Part shown: positions 1-12,166 of the stretch, one piece after another | Numbering within the stretch: position 1 is the first letter of the stretch | Layout: every line of letters starts with the position of its first letter | NCBI GenBank assembly: GCA_965644295.1 | Contig: CBFFRP010000172.1 | Location: 2,326 to 66,325, forward strand | Source: Paraphysomonas bandaiensis | Taxonomy: Eukaryota > Protista > Chrysophyceae | Direction of reading: 5' to 3' | Length of the DNA stretch: 64,000 nucleotides | The notes under the pieces: model-generated | What the model saw: only the letters and a program-made list of their open reading frames with translations | The model's database searches: none | What the model was told of the DNA's origin: nothing | Program-made: the position numbers and the translations under genes

Positions 1-135
1 CGCCAGCATCACCATATTTATTTAAAATTATTTGAGATATTCATGCATCCGGCCACAACTGTCGGTTTCTTTTAGAACAACATCATATTAAGTGTAGTAG
101 GATGCATACACTGATGAAATAAGTTTCGCTACGCT
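1..135. mobile_element. Internal fragment of hAT family 1 element, cut by the window edge
   Basis: The sequence catcaccat...gcatccggccacaactgtcg...agaacaacatcatatta.gtgtagtaggatg matches the interior of the TIR-bounded copies at ~20130-20260 and ~56640-56770. Confidence 0.75.
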
Positions 136-330
136 ACATTTCATTTATATAATGAGGTCAACGTTCAGTTATTTAAGTTGACCAAACAAAATGACAAATA
201 TTGATATGCCCTGCTATTCTGTTACATGAGCTGTACTTTCAACGTATGAGTTTTTTTCGAAAAGTTAACAACTACATATCCAGTTGAATTTACTTAGAGA
301 TTGAGGTGTGTACAACGTAACCCGCCTAAA

Positions 331-3300
331 TTACAATATGTAGTCCGCCGTACTACCACTGGTAGTACCGGATGCCCCTGGCACCACACCACGAAACTTT
401 AAATCATATGCTTCATTGCGGGTGCATAATGCAGAATATAAAGCTGACACAACCAAGGAATTCTTCGAAAATAACTGTGGTTCATATTTTTTCGCCAATT
501 GTAGAATATCTGGATGCATTTGTCCTGATAGAAGAGATGGTCACATTTTTACCAAATACACTACAGCTTTACCTGCTTGAAGTAAACGTAACACGATTCG
601 ACATATTGTATTTAAACAGCTCGGGTACATATCTTTAGCCTGTGTAGTACCACAACAGTATCAGTTCAATGCGAACATTGATCATCGATTTACATACAGG
701 ATTCAAAATCGACTCGTAAACTGGGAACACTCCAGCTCTACGTTGAATGGACGTAGTCGTAAAACAAATCTGCGGACACAATGAAACAGTTTAGTCCAAT
801 ACTGCTAGCAGGTAAATATATCAGCTATACCCTACGCAATAACTCGGAAAGGACGTCTTCATTATTGTCAGAATACTCCAGGACATCAGCGTATGTGCTC
901 AAAGAAAGATTATCCAATGTAGGAACGGTATCAGTCAATTTTAAACCAGAGCACCTGCCATATATATAAAATAGCGTTACGAATTGCTTGGTCAGCATGC
1001 ACGATGCTACTTACCTTTTATGAAGAAGTACTGTACCGTGGTCGCAGGCAACCCGAGGCAAATGTGATACGTATTGCATTGCCAACGCCAATTTAGCACC
1101 AAGATCACTGCTTTCCTCATGGCATTGTGATAGAATACATAACATCGCAGTCAACGGAGAAGACGAAATTGGTATCGCCGAAACAATATTATTGCTGTTA
1201 AAGAGCATCATCACAGATATAAAAATAAAATATTTTCACCTTGACATGACGAGGACATGGTCAGATATAACACCAAATATTTCTACGCAACCATAGGGTC
1301 GGGTGTTTAATTTCGTAGTGACGGAATCATCAACACCAGTTGGCTACGTAAAACGTGTATTATACATATAGAAAGCAAAACTCATGAGCATATACCCCCA
1401 ATTGACACAAGGTCTCAACTGAAGAAACGCAGCTCTTCCAATTGCTTCTAATACTTGAAGACGCTATAAATACTATATTAGAGTTTCACCAGTATCATAG
1501 GAAAAAGTACCATTGGGCCAATAGCAAGGACCCAGCACCATGGAGACTTCCGATGGTGTTGATACCAGTAATACTTTCCCCCACCAAAACATGCTTTCAG
1601 GCACTTTATATGGAAGGGTAGATACTTCAACTGTTGTCACTGGAAAGAGGTCAATGCTGCCGGTACCAACCTCTTTCTCATCAGATGTACTCAAAGCAAG
1701 GATATTTATTCTAGTTTGAATCAGGACTGCAACATATTGAACACGGGAATCGAACTCTTTCAGGGGTGTCGAATTCCAACATACTGCAGTCACCCTAGAC
1801 ATAAGTGGCCCAACAGGAACCAAGCTAATGTCATCCACGTTGAACGCTACTCCAGAACTTGCTGACGCCGATTCACTTCCTCCAGTAGCTGCTTTCGAAG
1901 AAGTACTACCGGAAGCCATATAATAGAACTGACTTCGATACGACATATGAGTAGGGATTTCAGCTGATGAATTCAGGCCGCTCGGTAAGTTTGCCTTATC
2001 ATCAGAACCTTGCTGAGCGTGCATTGCCTCCAGCTCAATTTTAGAAATTGCACCCTTCTCCTCTTTTGTTGCTTTATCGTTCATATTTATAAGAGTGGTG
2101 ACGCATAACAGCGGTCCTCCACCGACGAGTTCCTCGACATCTTTCGGTGCCCCAGAACAAATCGTCTCAGTTACTTTTTTTCCGTTGGAATATATCCGCA
2201 ACAGCATCATAGATGGAAAGCAGTCTTCTGCCGTTGTACTCTTCTTCCGGAATATTCCGAACTTCTTTCGCTTGGTGGCATCAAGGCGTTTACTTGGTGA
2301 TATGATGCAACATAGGTCCAAATACTTACACCCATTGTCAACATCCCTTTGATTGCTTGAATCTTTCCGTACGGAGACCCACCCAATGGAGTAGCATTGC
2401 CCAGAGTCAATTTCTTTCAATCTACTGCTTTTAACAACACCTGGCTCCCTTGGATCGAGAATCTCATAGACAACAAAGTACAACGACTCTGGCCAGTATA
2501 CAGCACAGTACTTACCTGCATAAACTTACCCAGGCGTTAACAATATAAAAAGAAAACTTACCAGTTGGACTAGGATAAAAAAGGGGCTGGGAAGTCACGG
2601 TTGCCAATATTAGACTCATTGGTTTCATAGATTGTGGGCGTTTCTGCGTCTGAAGTGAATTTGCCTGGCCCATTGGGTTTCCAGCGGAGGCGAAGTCTGC
2701 ACTCACTGGTATTTTTTCCTCTGCTGTGAGCTGAACAGTAACATTAGTCCCACTACTTTGATAATTAACGGATCTATCATCGGTAGATACTGGCCTAGGT
2801 GTACTTGGCTTCGAATTCGAAAATGACCTACGTGATCCAATCTGTTGCTGTAACAGTCGTCGTGGGGTTGATTGACGTTGTATAATAGGACTATCGCCGC
2901 CAGTAAAGGAATCACGAAGTGAGTTGGTCAAGTTATATTTGCATAGATGAATAACTCTATCAGCATAGCACAATGTCATATTTCCCCATGTAGGGTGATA
3001 GCCTACTGGGCTACCAGAATCTGGCCTTTTTGGGCACAAAGATAGAACCACAACGCCAACACTGGTGGCAACAACAACAATATCTGGCTTCATGAAATGG
3101 GGCTGAACAGAATATACTTTAGCTGTAGGATCTCTGCCAGCGACGAACTTTGGAGAGAATATGTCCCATTCCTCGGAGGGATCTGGAGGTGAGCTTGCGG
3201 CAACTTCCGCAGAATACACCGACATTAAATGTGAAAGTGAGATATCATGAAGAGCTGCAAGCCGTAAAGACACATCGTTGGAAGATTGGTCACCACTCTC

Positions 3301-4907
3301 GGATTGATCTTCAGGAGATGCCTCATGTATCTGAACAATTCCTATTGACTCCATTATTTTGGTACATAAATATATATTTTCTTTCAATTATATGTACCTA
3401 TGGAATTTGTTTTCGAAGCAACGAGAAACGTCCCGACGGGATATCGGGGATGCTCCAAAGCTGACAATTGACAATACTTTGCCAAAGATGGAGGGAGAGT
3501 AGCTCCAGGTTTCACCTAAGACAACAACTTCATAAGAACTGTTATCGTTATTCCCCACGTATATAACCTTTCCTACACAAGGAATTCTACCATGCTCACT
3601 TCCAGCATGAGAAGTTGCAGACATAGTTGTAATCGATGCTCTTCGTCCTGGTTTAACCGCTGCATCCGTCCCAGTGGCACTCTTTTTAACGGTAGACAAG
3701 TCCCACAATCTAAGAGAAGCAGGTCATTTCAACAACAAAGTTGACTCTTCTAAGCACCTTATGGTTCTGTCAGACGACACGGTGTAAAGCGTATCACTAA
3801 TTTCATCAAGATGCTGGGCTATGGAACCTTGGGAAAGAAGGTGCCCAACTGGATCACTTTGATGAATAATATTGCCAGTAATTTGGCTGTCCCAAACCAG
3901 TCCAGACCCATCATGCGCTATTCTTCGCGTTAATTTTTAAAAAAAATGGTATAAACTCTCACCGATACTAAGCAATCTCATCCGACTTTCTCTAGGACTT
4001 AGACCCCCATTGGAGTTAGAGGTTCCAGTTGCGGGTATCCCCATACCGAGAGGTGATCTGTAATGGACATAAAGACAACGGAAACGTAAAGAATATGAAG
4101 ACTTACGTCTTCGGAATGAGACTTTTTAAGACACTTATCTCCCCTCTTGTCGTAGTCGTAAAAACTTTAACTTGTTTCCAGTTTACACAATCCCATATTC
4201 TAATATAACGTTAGAATACAACTATCAAAATGAGTACGCTACGATCATTACCGAATAGTTCCGTCCGAACAGCCTACAGCACATAGGTCTGTGTATACAA
4301 ATTCTGCACTGCAGGGAGTTTGCTTCGACAAATCTGACGAGGATATTGCCACTGTGTGTCCACTGCAAAAATCGTAAAACAATATAGCACCGTCACAAAC
4401 TATCATTATTCGATTATAAGTATGAAAACTGCCGCTAGTAGGAGGGATAGATATCCCACCGCAGTGCCATTGCATAGCTGTACGATCAATAAACGCAACG
4501 CGCTTTATATCTCCAATATCTTTGAGACGAAGGTTGGGATTATACTGCTCTTCTGCAATCTGAGTATTCCTACGCAAGAGATGCTGTTTTTGCCTGTATC
4601 CACTTAGAGTGGATGATGGCTTTGAATAAGTTCTAGCTGACACAAAACTATTGGGTTGAACGGACCCGCTGACAGTAGAGAAGCTCTTATCAATACATGA
4701 AACAATCGAACTTAAAGATCTTGTTTGTAAACACTCTTTTATACAATAATCCCATACGCTGATATGGTTTGCCTTATCAGCGCTTATAATCCAGCTAAAT
4801 TCTGGATGAATTTCACAAAATTTAACTTTTTGTTGAGTTTCATCATGTGGACATGCCCAGAAGATAACCTCCACTGGGGGGGGAGGAGATATGGCCTGTG
4901 CATCCAT
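331..4907 (-). CDS. Multi-exon WD40/coatomer-like protein, probable TSET/TPLATE subunit TTRAY2/TWD40-2 homolog (3' end uncertain)
   Basis: ORFs 4248-4907, 3388-3708, 2512-3387, 1473-2483, 1011-1214 and 331-519 are linked by short introns. The motifs KVKFCEIHPEFSWIISADKANHISVWDY, GDIKRVAFID, IMIVCDGAILFYD and AVGCSDGTIRIWD follow the order I recall for the plant TWD40-2 N-terminus (VKIQVHPTHPWLVTADDSDHVSVW...GSVKQVKFYD...AFGSTDGVIR). Confidence 0.65.
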
Positions 4908-5444
4908 GGGGGTCCACAGGTGACAGGTATAGGGGGATATGTATTATATGGGGGATGAGAGATGATGATATGGATAGTTGTGCATGGAGATGATGGTGGG
5001 CTGTGTAACTATATCATGAGGGCATATGTATCTCCCTACACGCCGTATGTATAGTGTACAGTGTACAGTATGCTGGGCTATCTACATCTATAATGTACTG
5101 CAGTGCTGTAGTACCTCTACACTGTACCTACGACTCTGGTCGTGCAGTACACACAGCAGCACATCTTTTTTGTAGCCAACTGTATTTGTATTGCATATAC
5201 AGTACATCAGACCTATACCATCCAATGAAACTTCCCTGTTATTTCATCCGGCTATATGATTCGTCTCGGTGTGGTGTAATTTTGGTTAGCAGACCTGTAG
5301 CTATGGATCCACATGTGTAATGCCGCCCTATACATACACGTACACGTACATGCAGCAGTATATATATGGAGATATTTGTCACAGTCACAATTTTCATTTA
5401 CATCAATAGATACATGCAACCATACACTTAATTACGCCACAAAT

Positions 5445-8004
5445 ATGGGGAATTGTTGCGACTCCACACTGGCATCATATGAGAAGTGGACAACACGTCT
5501 GAATAACACCAAAAATGAAGATATTGGCGCATTCTCCACACCCCGTCTCCTGTCGCCTAGAAACTACCTTATCGGACCATTTATCGCTGAAGGAGGCATG
5601 GGGACTGTGTATGTTGGAATAGACAAATCAAGCAGACAATTTGTGGCATTAAAGTTTTTTGGATATACACAAAAGAAACCAGTGGATGATAACATCGCCC
5701 GTGAGATAAGTCTCATGATGGCAATGAATGGAGTTCAAGGCACAGTTCAAATACACGGCATATTTATGGATACCTGTAAGGGACGTGTTGCAAAAGACAT
5801 TGAAAAAGTTTGGATTCAAGAATACCCGGTACGTGAAGCGATCTTTGGAATGCGGAATATAATCTCTAGATTAGGTGATTGTGATGGATTATCTTGACGG
5901 GGGTGCAGTATACGATGTTATTCAGCAGCGAGACAAAATTTCTGAATTTGATTTGCGGCGAATATTTAAAGAATTTATAGAAGCGTTGGATAGTATTCAC
6001 AGCCGGGGATACATTCATAATGACATCAAGCTCGAGAACATAATGCTCGAGAGACAGGATGACCCGCTGAGTGCAGTTAAAATTATTGACGTCGGATTTA
6101 TGCGATATCTACCTGCTGGGAAAGATATATATCTTGCAAGGAGCCCGTTCGGAACACCAGGTTATATGGCACCCGAGACATTGACACATTGTGAGTTTAG
6201 CCGTAAGACGGATATGTGGCAGGCGGGATGTGTTTTATACAGTATGCTCAGCGGAATTTCTCCCTTTCATGCGGAGGATCACGCACAGACAATAACAGGG
6301 AGATACTTTCCAATGACAGGTATTCTTTGTAGTGAATGACGTGTATTTCACCTTGTCGTAATGCCGTTTGTACGTAGGAGATAAGTGGAACCATATATCT
6401 GACCCAGCAATAGATTTAATATCCCGTATTTTACTTGTACCACCATCTCGACGACTATCTGCCCGAGAGGTCCTCTCCCATCCGTGGCTCAATACAGATG
6501 CTCCCAGGATACCTTTGGGTGAAAGCTATAATGCTAGAATTAAACAACTTGCACTGCGGCAGAAGTTGCGAGCTTTTTTCCTAAACCATGATGTGGCGGA
6601 GAAGACGAGGATCCGTGTGGATCATGTCAAGCGAATAGTTGCAAGAAATACCCAAAAAATGAGAGAAGATATGCTATCTGACGGTTAGTGATTCAAGCTC
6701 TCGGTAATTTGTATTTAGTTATTGTACAGAGCAAGGATCCAGTGACCACTCGTCGCCCTCCAAGCCTAACCGGGCAAGTAGAAGTAAAGGCTCTTTGTAC
6801 GAAAGTTTCCTTCCTTCTGTGAGCACAAAAGCAGCTACAGAAAATAATGAAGGAAAAAATAATAAGAGTGACAGTATAGGGAGATCAAGAATTATTGGTA
6901 AACCCGTTCTATTCAGCCCTCTGCATGGATTGGACGGGATTAGGGGATCAGAAAGTGAGTCGGAAGTTGCCTCTCAAGCTCAGGCCGAGGCATCTGGCGT
7001 TAGTACTGTGAGTTCATTGAGCTCTAATAGCGAAGATAAACCTTCCAATGCTGTGGAAGATATTAGTGTGCGTCACTGGATTAAGAGGCAGTACTCCTCG
7101 AACACTTACGACGATAAAATGGGTACATTTCGGGAGCTTATGGTCCGTCTCGTTACAGAGGTAAGCATCTTCTGACATGTTCCTCTGGGTTTTCTGATTT
7201 CGCTTTTTTCAGGACGGAGGGAAAGCCGTTGATAGAATTGCAGCGTCACATCACTCTCGAAGAGGTGGGCAAGTAGATTATCACGATTTTGTGTCAGTTA
7301 TTACGGAGGCCGGATTACCTGATCTTGCTCGAAGAGAGATATTCGGTTTGTTCGATATCGGGAATAAAGGTCAATTATACAAACTTAATATTAAGAAGTG
7401 ATGTTTTCATGTAGGGTCAATTGATTTGATGGATTTTTTACTGACAATGCTCGCATTACAACCGGGACATTATGATGATTCCAATGGGCCATGTGAATCC
7501 ACGGCTGGTGGTGCTCCTGCTACAGGTGGTGTTGGCCCTGACAGGAGTGATACACGAGAAACCGCGCAGCTGTATTTCAGTCTTTTTGACTTGCATGATA
7601 CTGGTTACATAGAACTGGAGGAATTCCGACTTGCTCTTGGATGCATCCTGGAGACCCAGCCGAAGGGAAGAAGAGGGTCTATGTCTACGCACGGTTCCCT
7701 GCACTCTGCCGTTTGTGTGGAAGATATTGCTCCGCTAACTGACCGGACAACTTCCAAGCTTTCTCTGGCCATGCAAAGCACAGCATCGGCTACTTTTTAT
7801 ACCAGACACACTGGTAATATGTCCTACCTGCAAGCTCAAGTGTTGGATTCTGCGCAAGTTGATGAAATGTTTCAAATAATTGATTCGGATAAAGATGGAC
7901 GCATTAGCATCCATGATTTTCAGAAGTTCTACGACACTATAGTGATGATGTCAGATAATGCTGATTGTATAAATATGAGTATTAGCAGTGTGCTAAGTAC
8001 TTAA
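5445..8004 (+). CDS. Ca2+-regulated Ser/Thr kinase (CCaMK/CDPK-like): myristoylation-type N-terminus, kinase domain, junction, 3 EF-hands
   Basis: Start MGNCC. Kinase motifs IAEGGMGTVY, VALK, IHNDIKLEN, KIIDVG, GTPGYMAPE and HPWL. EF-hand loops DIGNKGSIDLMDF (joined across an intron), DLHDTGYIELEEF and DSDKDGRISIHDF. About 5 short introns. Confidence 0.85.
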
Positions 8005-8393
8005 TTATATAAAAGAATATATAGAATTGTGTGGTCATATGACGTGTGGGTATTCATATGGAACTTGTATTAAGCAAAAACCGCTGTATTAGCTAATGTT
8101 TGGTAGCGAACATGGGCTGGTTGTTGATATAAATTGGGATGTGGAGTGCGTTTCCTCTATTTGAGATCCACTTGTATAGTGTGTTTCCTGAACATAATGC
8201 ATTTGAATATTTTGACAGTTCTATACGGCTCAGTGAATATTACGTTTGTTATTACAACTCTCTGGTTACAACATAAAAATAAATACTAAAGTCTGTGGTA
8301 AGAAATAAAGCATTCGCTATTGATGTAATTTCAATTAAAAATTGCAACAGATACTACCAAATAGATTCATGTCCAGACAGAAAATAAAAACTT

Positions 8394-9887
8394 CTACAAC
8401 TCCACAAACGCTTTCTTCTTTTTCTCTTTTTTTTTGATAACACTGGAATAATGCTGTGTAGCAGATCGACAAGTCGAAGCACCATTAGAGACATTGGAAG
8501 GATGATATATTTGGCGCAAATATTCAACACACGCTACTTTATTTCTACTAATAGCCAAATCAAGAGGAGTCTGTCCTTCCGAATCAAAAACATCTAAATT
8601 CGCACCGCAATCTGTTAGCTGGCGCAGTCCTGAGAGGTCGCCAACGTATGCTGCATCGTGAACAGGAAAGTTTCCAAACCTGAAAGGCGACGATACATTA
8701 GGGTCGGCCCCAGAAATTAATAGCGAACGTAAGCATTCGTGGCCTCTATTTAGTCCGACAGCGTAAGCCACTGGAGTTTTAGAATGAATATCACGTGCAT
8801 TTAACTTGATCCTGGCACCAGTGTGCATGATTCGATTCAACATTTCAGAATCACAGCCGAACCTATCTCTTATCATTCCCACGTAGGCATCGAAGTCAAC
8901 ACCACAAGGAGGGAGAGTTCCAGTGCTTGTATCTGGCATTGACAGCTTGTGACGACAGTAACATCGCCAACAAAGTAGAAACCTCATACACTCCGTGCTG
9001 TCCGCCATTGCAGCGAGGTGAAGCACTGTCCATCCCTGTCTCTCAGTGCTAGACAAGTCAGCTTGACACTGCACTAATAGCTTCAAACACTCCAGGTTAT
9101 TGCAATAAGTTGCCCATATTACGGCATTCCAACCATTTTGATCTCCCATCCGTGCAAACCATCTCGAATTCGTTAGCATATCTCGAAGAGAATCAACATC
9201 TCCAGCTCGTGCTACATGATTTGCGGGAATTGAAATGTTTCTTGCCGGGTCTCCATATTCGTTCTTCGAAGTGTATATAGCTTTTATACTCTCTCTCCGA
9301 AGAAAAGATGAATACTCTTCATCACAAATTACACCAAATACTTTCAATAAATCTAGCACTTCATAACCAGACCCCTGAGCATTGCAACGAACTGCTGCCA
9401 TTGTATAGAGATCCGTGTTGTATGGATACATATACTTCATGTTACCTGTTCTTTCCTTCCAATGAAGTATAAAGTTTAGACGATCAGATGAAAATATCGC
9501 ACTGTAGTGTGATAACAGATCCTTTAACTCATCATAAAATGGTTGATTTAGTTCCTCCTGACTGTTAAAACCCCACACACACCGCATCAGACACATCCAT
9601 GCCTCAAACTCCTCTGGAGTGATCCCCTGAGACTCTAAATCAATCCGTCTATACACTGTAATAACTTTTCTCATATTCGTCACAGTGACCATAATAATAT
9701 CTTTAAAGTAGATCAAAGATACGCCTCTGTCTTGTTTGGTATTCTTTATTTCCCATCCAAACTCATACGCATCTTCTAACTCCTCAGCTGATACATTTCT
9801 AGTTGACATCTGCTGTATTCCATGAGTGGTGAGGTCAAGTGATAGTGTTGTAGATATTTTGTTGTTGCTATAAGTGAAAGTGGACAT
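8394..9887 (-). CDS. DUF4258-like N-terminal domain plus ankyrin repeats, intronless, 497 aa
   Basis: N-terminal LTTHGIQQMSTRNVSAEELEDAYEFG...IIMVT...KVITVY fits the DUF4258 pattern. Ankyrin repeats GWNAVIWA, GWTVLHLAA, KTPVAYAV, GNFPVHDAA and GQTPLDLA. Basic C-terminal KKKEKKKK. Confidence 0.8.
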   Translation of the reverse strand: MSTFTYSNNKISTTLSLDLTTHGIQQMSTRNVSAEELEDAYEFGWEIKNTKQDRGVSLIYFKDIIMVTVTNMRKVITVYRRIDLESQGITPEEFEAWMCLMRCVWGFNSQEELNQPFYDELKDLLSHYSAIFSSDRLNFILHWKERTGNMKYMYPYNTDLYTMAAVRCNAQGSGYEVLDLLKVFGVICDEEYSSFLRRESIKAIYTSKNEYGDPARNISIPANHVARAGDVDSLRDMLTNSRWFARMGDQNGWNAVIWATYCNNLECLKLLVQCQADLSSTERQGWTVLHLAAMADSTECMRFLLCWRCYCRHKLSMPDTSTGTLPPCGVDFDAYVGMIRDRFGCDSEMLNRIMHTGARIKLNARDIHSKTPVAYAVGLNRGHECLRSLLISGADPNVSSPFRFGNFPVHDAAYVGDLSGLRQLTDCGANLDVFDSEGQTPLDLAISRNKVACVEYLRQIYHPSNVSNGASTCRSATQHYSSVIKKKEKKKKAFVEL

Positions 9888-10174
9888 GCTCAGTATCGGC
9901 AGTTAACTATATACCATTACACGACATTCCACTCTACAATCATCAAGATATTATCAGTATCGTGCAGTGTTTGGCGTCTTGTGTCTTCATGCATGTGTCT
10001 CTACCGTACAGATGATGTGTACCTGTATGCGGGGGAATCTACGTACTGTATCAGGTGCAGCCGGTACAGTATATCCATGCATGGTATCTTGTTGGGGACA
10101 AAAAATCAATAATCTGACTGCAAAAAAACGACGAATACTGCAGAAATAGCTACATATCCAGAGGGGACTGCTGG

Positions 10175-10406
10175 ATACATACAGTACATATACATACAGT
10201 ACATATACATACAGTACATATACATACAGTACATATACATACAGTACATATACATACAGTACATATACATACAGTACATATACATACAGTACATATACAT
10301 ACAGTACATATACATACAGTACATATACATACAGTACATATACATACAGTACATATACATACAGTACATATACATACAGTACATATACATACATATACAT
10401 ACAGTA
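10175..10406. repeat. 15-bp minisatellite (ATACATACAGTACAT)n, ~15 copies
   Basis: Visible tandem array; produces the spurious YVYVL and MYMYC ORFs. Confidence 0.97.
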
Positions 10407-10883
10407 GCTGGATATACGGACTGCTGTGCGTGATCCAGAGTCAGAGTCAGAGTCAGGCCATGGCTATCATGATACTGTACTACATTCATCTACCTCTATA
10501 CTCATGTCTTCAGATTGAAATTCAGATAGCTCATGATTCTATTACGAGCTCTTGAAGCCGCCTCGTTCATGTTGATACGATGAGCTCCAGGTGGTCCCTA
10601 CAGACACAGACAACGAAGATATCCACATTAAATCACTGTACACTTTATGTGTAGCATTATTTGTACGATGATCTTGCTGTAGTTATTGATGTATCATCGT
10701 GTGGTGTGTATGGGAGGTCGACACACCAACCTGCATATATTACCCCCGATATCCAGTACCAGCCAGTCGGAGTGCACAACATACTCGGCGACAAGAACAG
10801 AATGCATAGTGCTGGTCAATAGATCTCGGTTTAGTGTTCACAGTATATCAGGATTATGTATTGCTGTATAGCACACCTATAGG

Positions 10884-11788
10884 TACCTATCGGTAGAAGA
10901 CAAAAGACCTGTAGGTACCTGAGTTCTGAACCTATAGATGTTGTTCCAAGTTCCACATAGGCAACGCAGCGGTGAAGAGTGTAACATATCTATTTTTATT
11001 AGATTATTTCTAATTTACATATATGTACAGCATCACTACGTTACATTCTTGCAGTTTTGATCTGTAAGTAATATAAAATTTATTTAATGTCATTAAAAAC
11101 ATGTTCTCTTCACACCTACTACGTTATTTATTCCATTTCGACCGTTTTACCACAGGTTTGGGCATCACATCGACTTTTCCTCTATATTATGATGACAGTT
11201 AATATAATCCACAACGGTGAAAAACGAAATAACCAAAAACTATCTGAAATTCGAGACTTTTCCCCATATGTATGTGAAGACATCGCAAGAATAATCTGGC
11301 ATTATGAAAAATCTGGCATGTCAATAATACTCTCAAAATTAATACTATCGTGAAAGAACTGAGGTTGTCGTCGCCTCCATCAAAGATATATTATGGACAT
11401 CTGAAATCTGCTCCAGAGGGCTACAGACGGTACGAATCCAATTCAGGAATCGCGGAGTAAACTGGTGGTGAATGAGAATGTTTTGGAATTCTAGGTTCTA
11501 ATAGTAGTAGTTGCCGTTAAATATTACTTTGTACTCCTGTCAAATGTAAATACGTCGTATTTGAATATATCTCTGGAGCAGATTTTAGATGTTAGCATAA
11601 TATCTTTGTGTGGAGGACCTAAAAGCATTTGTTGAGCCGTTGCCTCAATAATCATATGGCGCTAGGCTATCCATATTTTCATCGAAGTCGTAGGCTTCAA
11701 TCATGATGCATACTGCCTCACAATGGCAGTTTGCATATGAAAAATGAAGGCGCTAGGCTACAGGTCTTTTGTCTTCTACCTATAGGTA
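10884..11788. mobile_element. Non-autonomous TIR element, ~0.9 kb, possible TA target duplication
   Basis: tacctatcggtagaagacaaaagacctgtag (10884-10914) is the reverse complement of ctacaggtcttttgtcttctacctataggta (11758-11788) at 30/31 bases. No recognisable transposase ORF inside. Confidence 0.7.
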
Positions 11789-12166
11789 GCGTCATTAGGC
11801 ATGCCTCTCGGTGGCTGGGTACCTATTAGATACCTGCAGTGGAGGTCGAGCGGTCTATAAATTTTCCCACCGACGCGAATTATGATATACATGACGAGTA
11901 CATCATTGCAAGCCCCGATTACATCATTGAACCTTGTTGTGATAACAACTGTTTCTCCGGTAAATGCCGATTATTGTCTTCTACTTGTATGACGTCTAAT
12001 AGGTCTATACTCAGGTCGTAATTACTCAACGGTAGGAGTAGCTGGTGTTATTTCAGCTATATTTCATAACGCATGGTAAATATTATAGCCAATGTTGGTC
12101 AACGAGATGGTCTGGTGTTCGCTTTAGTATGGCACTTGTACATGTATGTTATGAATGTGTGCACAC

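Noticed and set aside
5829-5874. Apparent frameshifts between adjacent ORFs as programmed frameshifting or pseudogenisation
   Set aside because: Explained by short GT-AG introns where checked (for example gtacgt...ttag here).
9987-10489. YVYVL and MYMYC repeat ORFs
   Set aside because: Artefacts of the 15-bp minisatellite.
10915-11757. Fanzor/TnpB or transposase cargo within the TIR element
   Set aside because: No ORF with RuvC, zinc-finger or DDE motifs visible on either strand.
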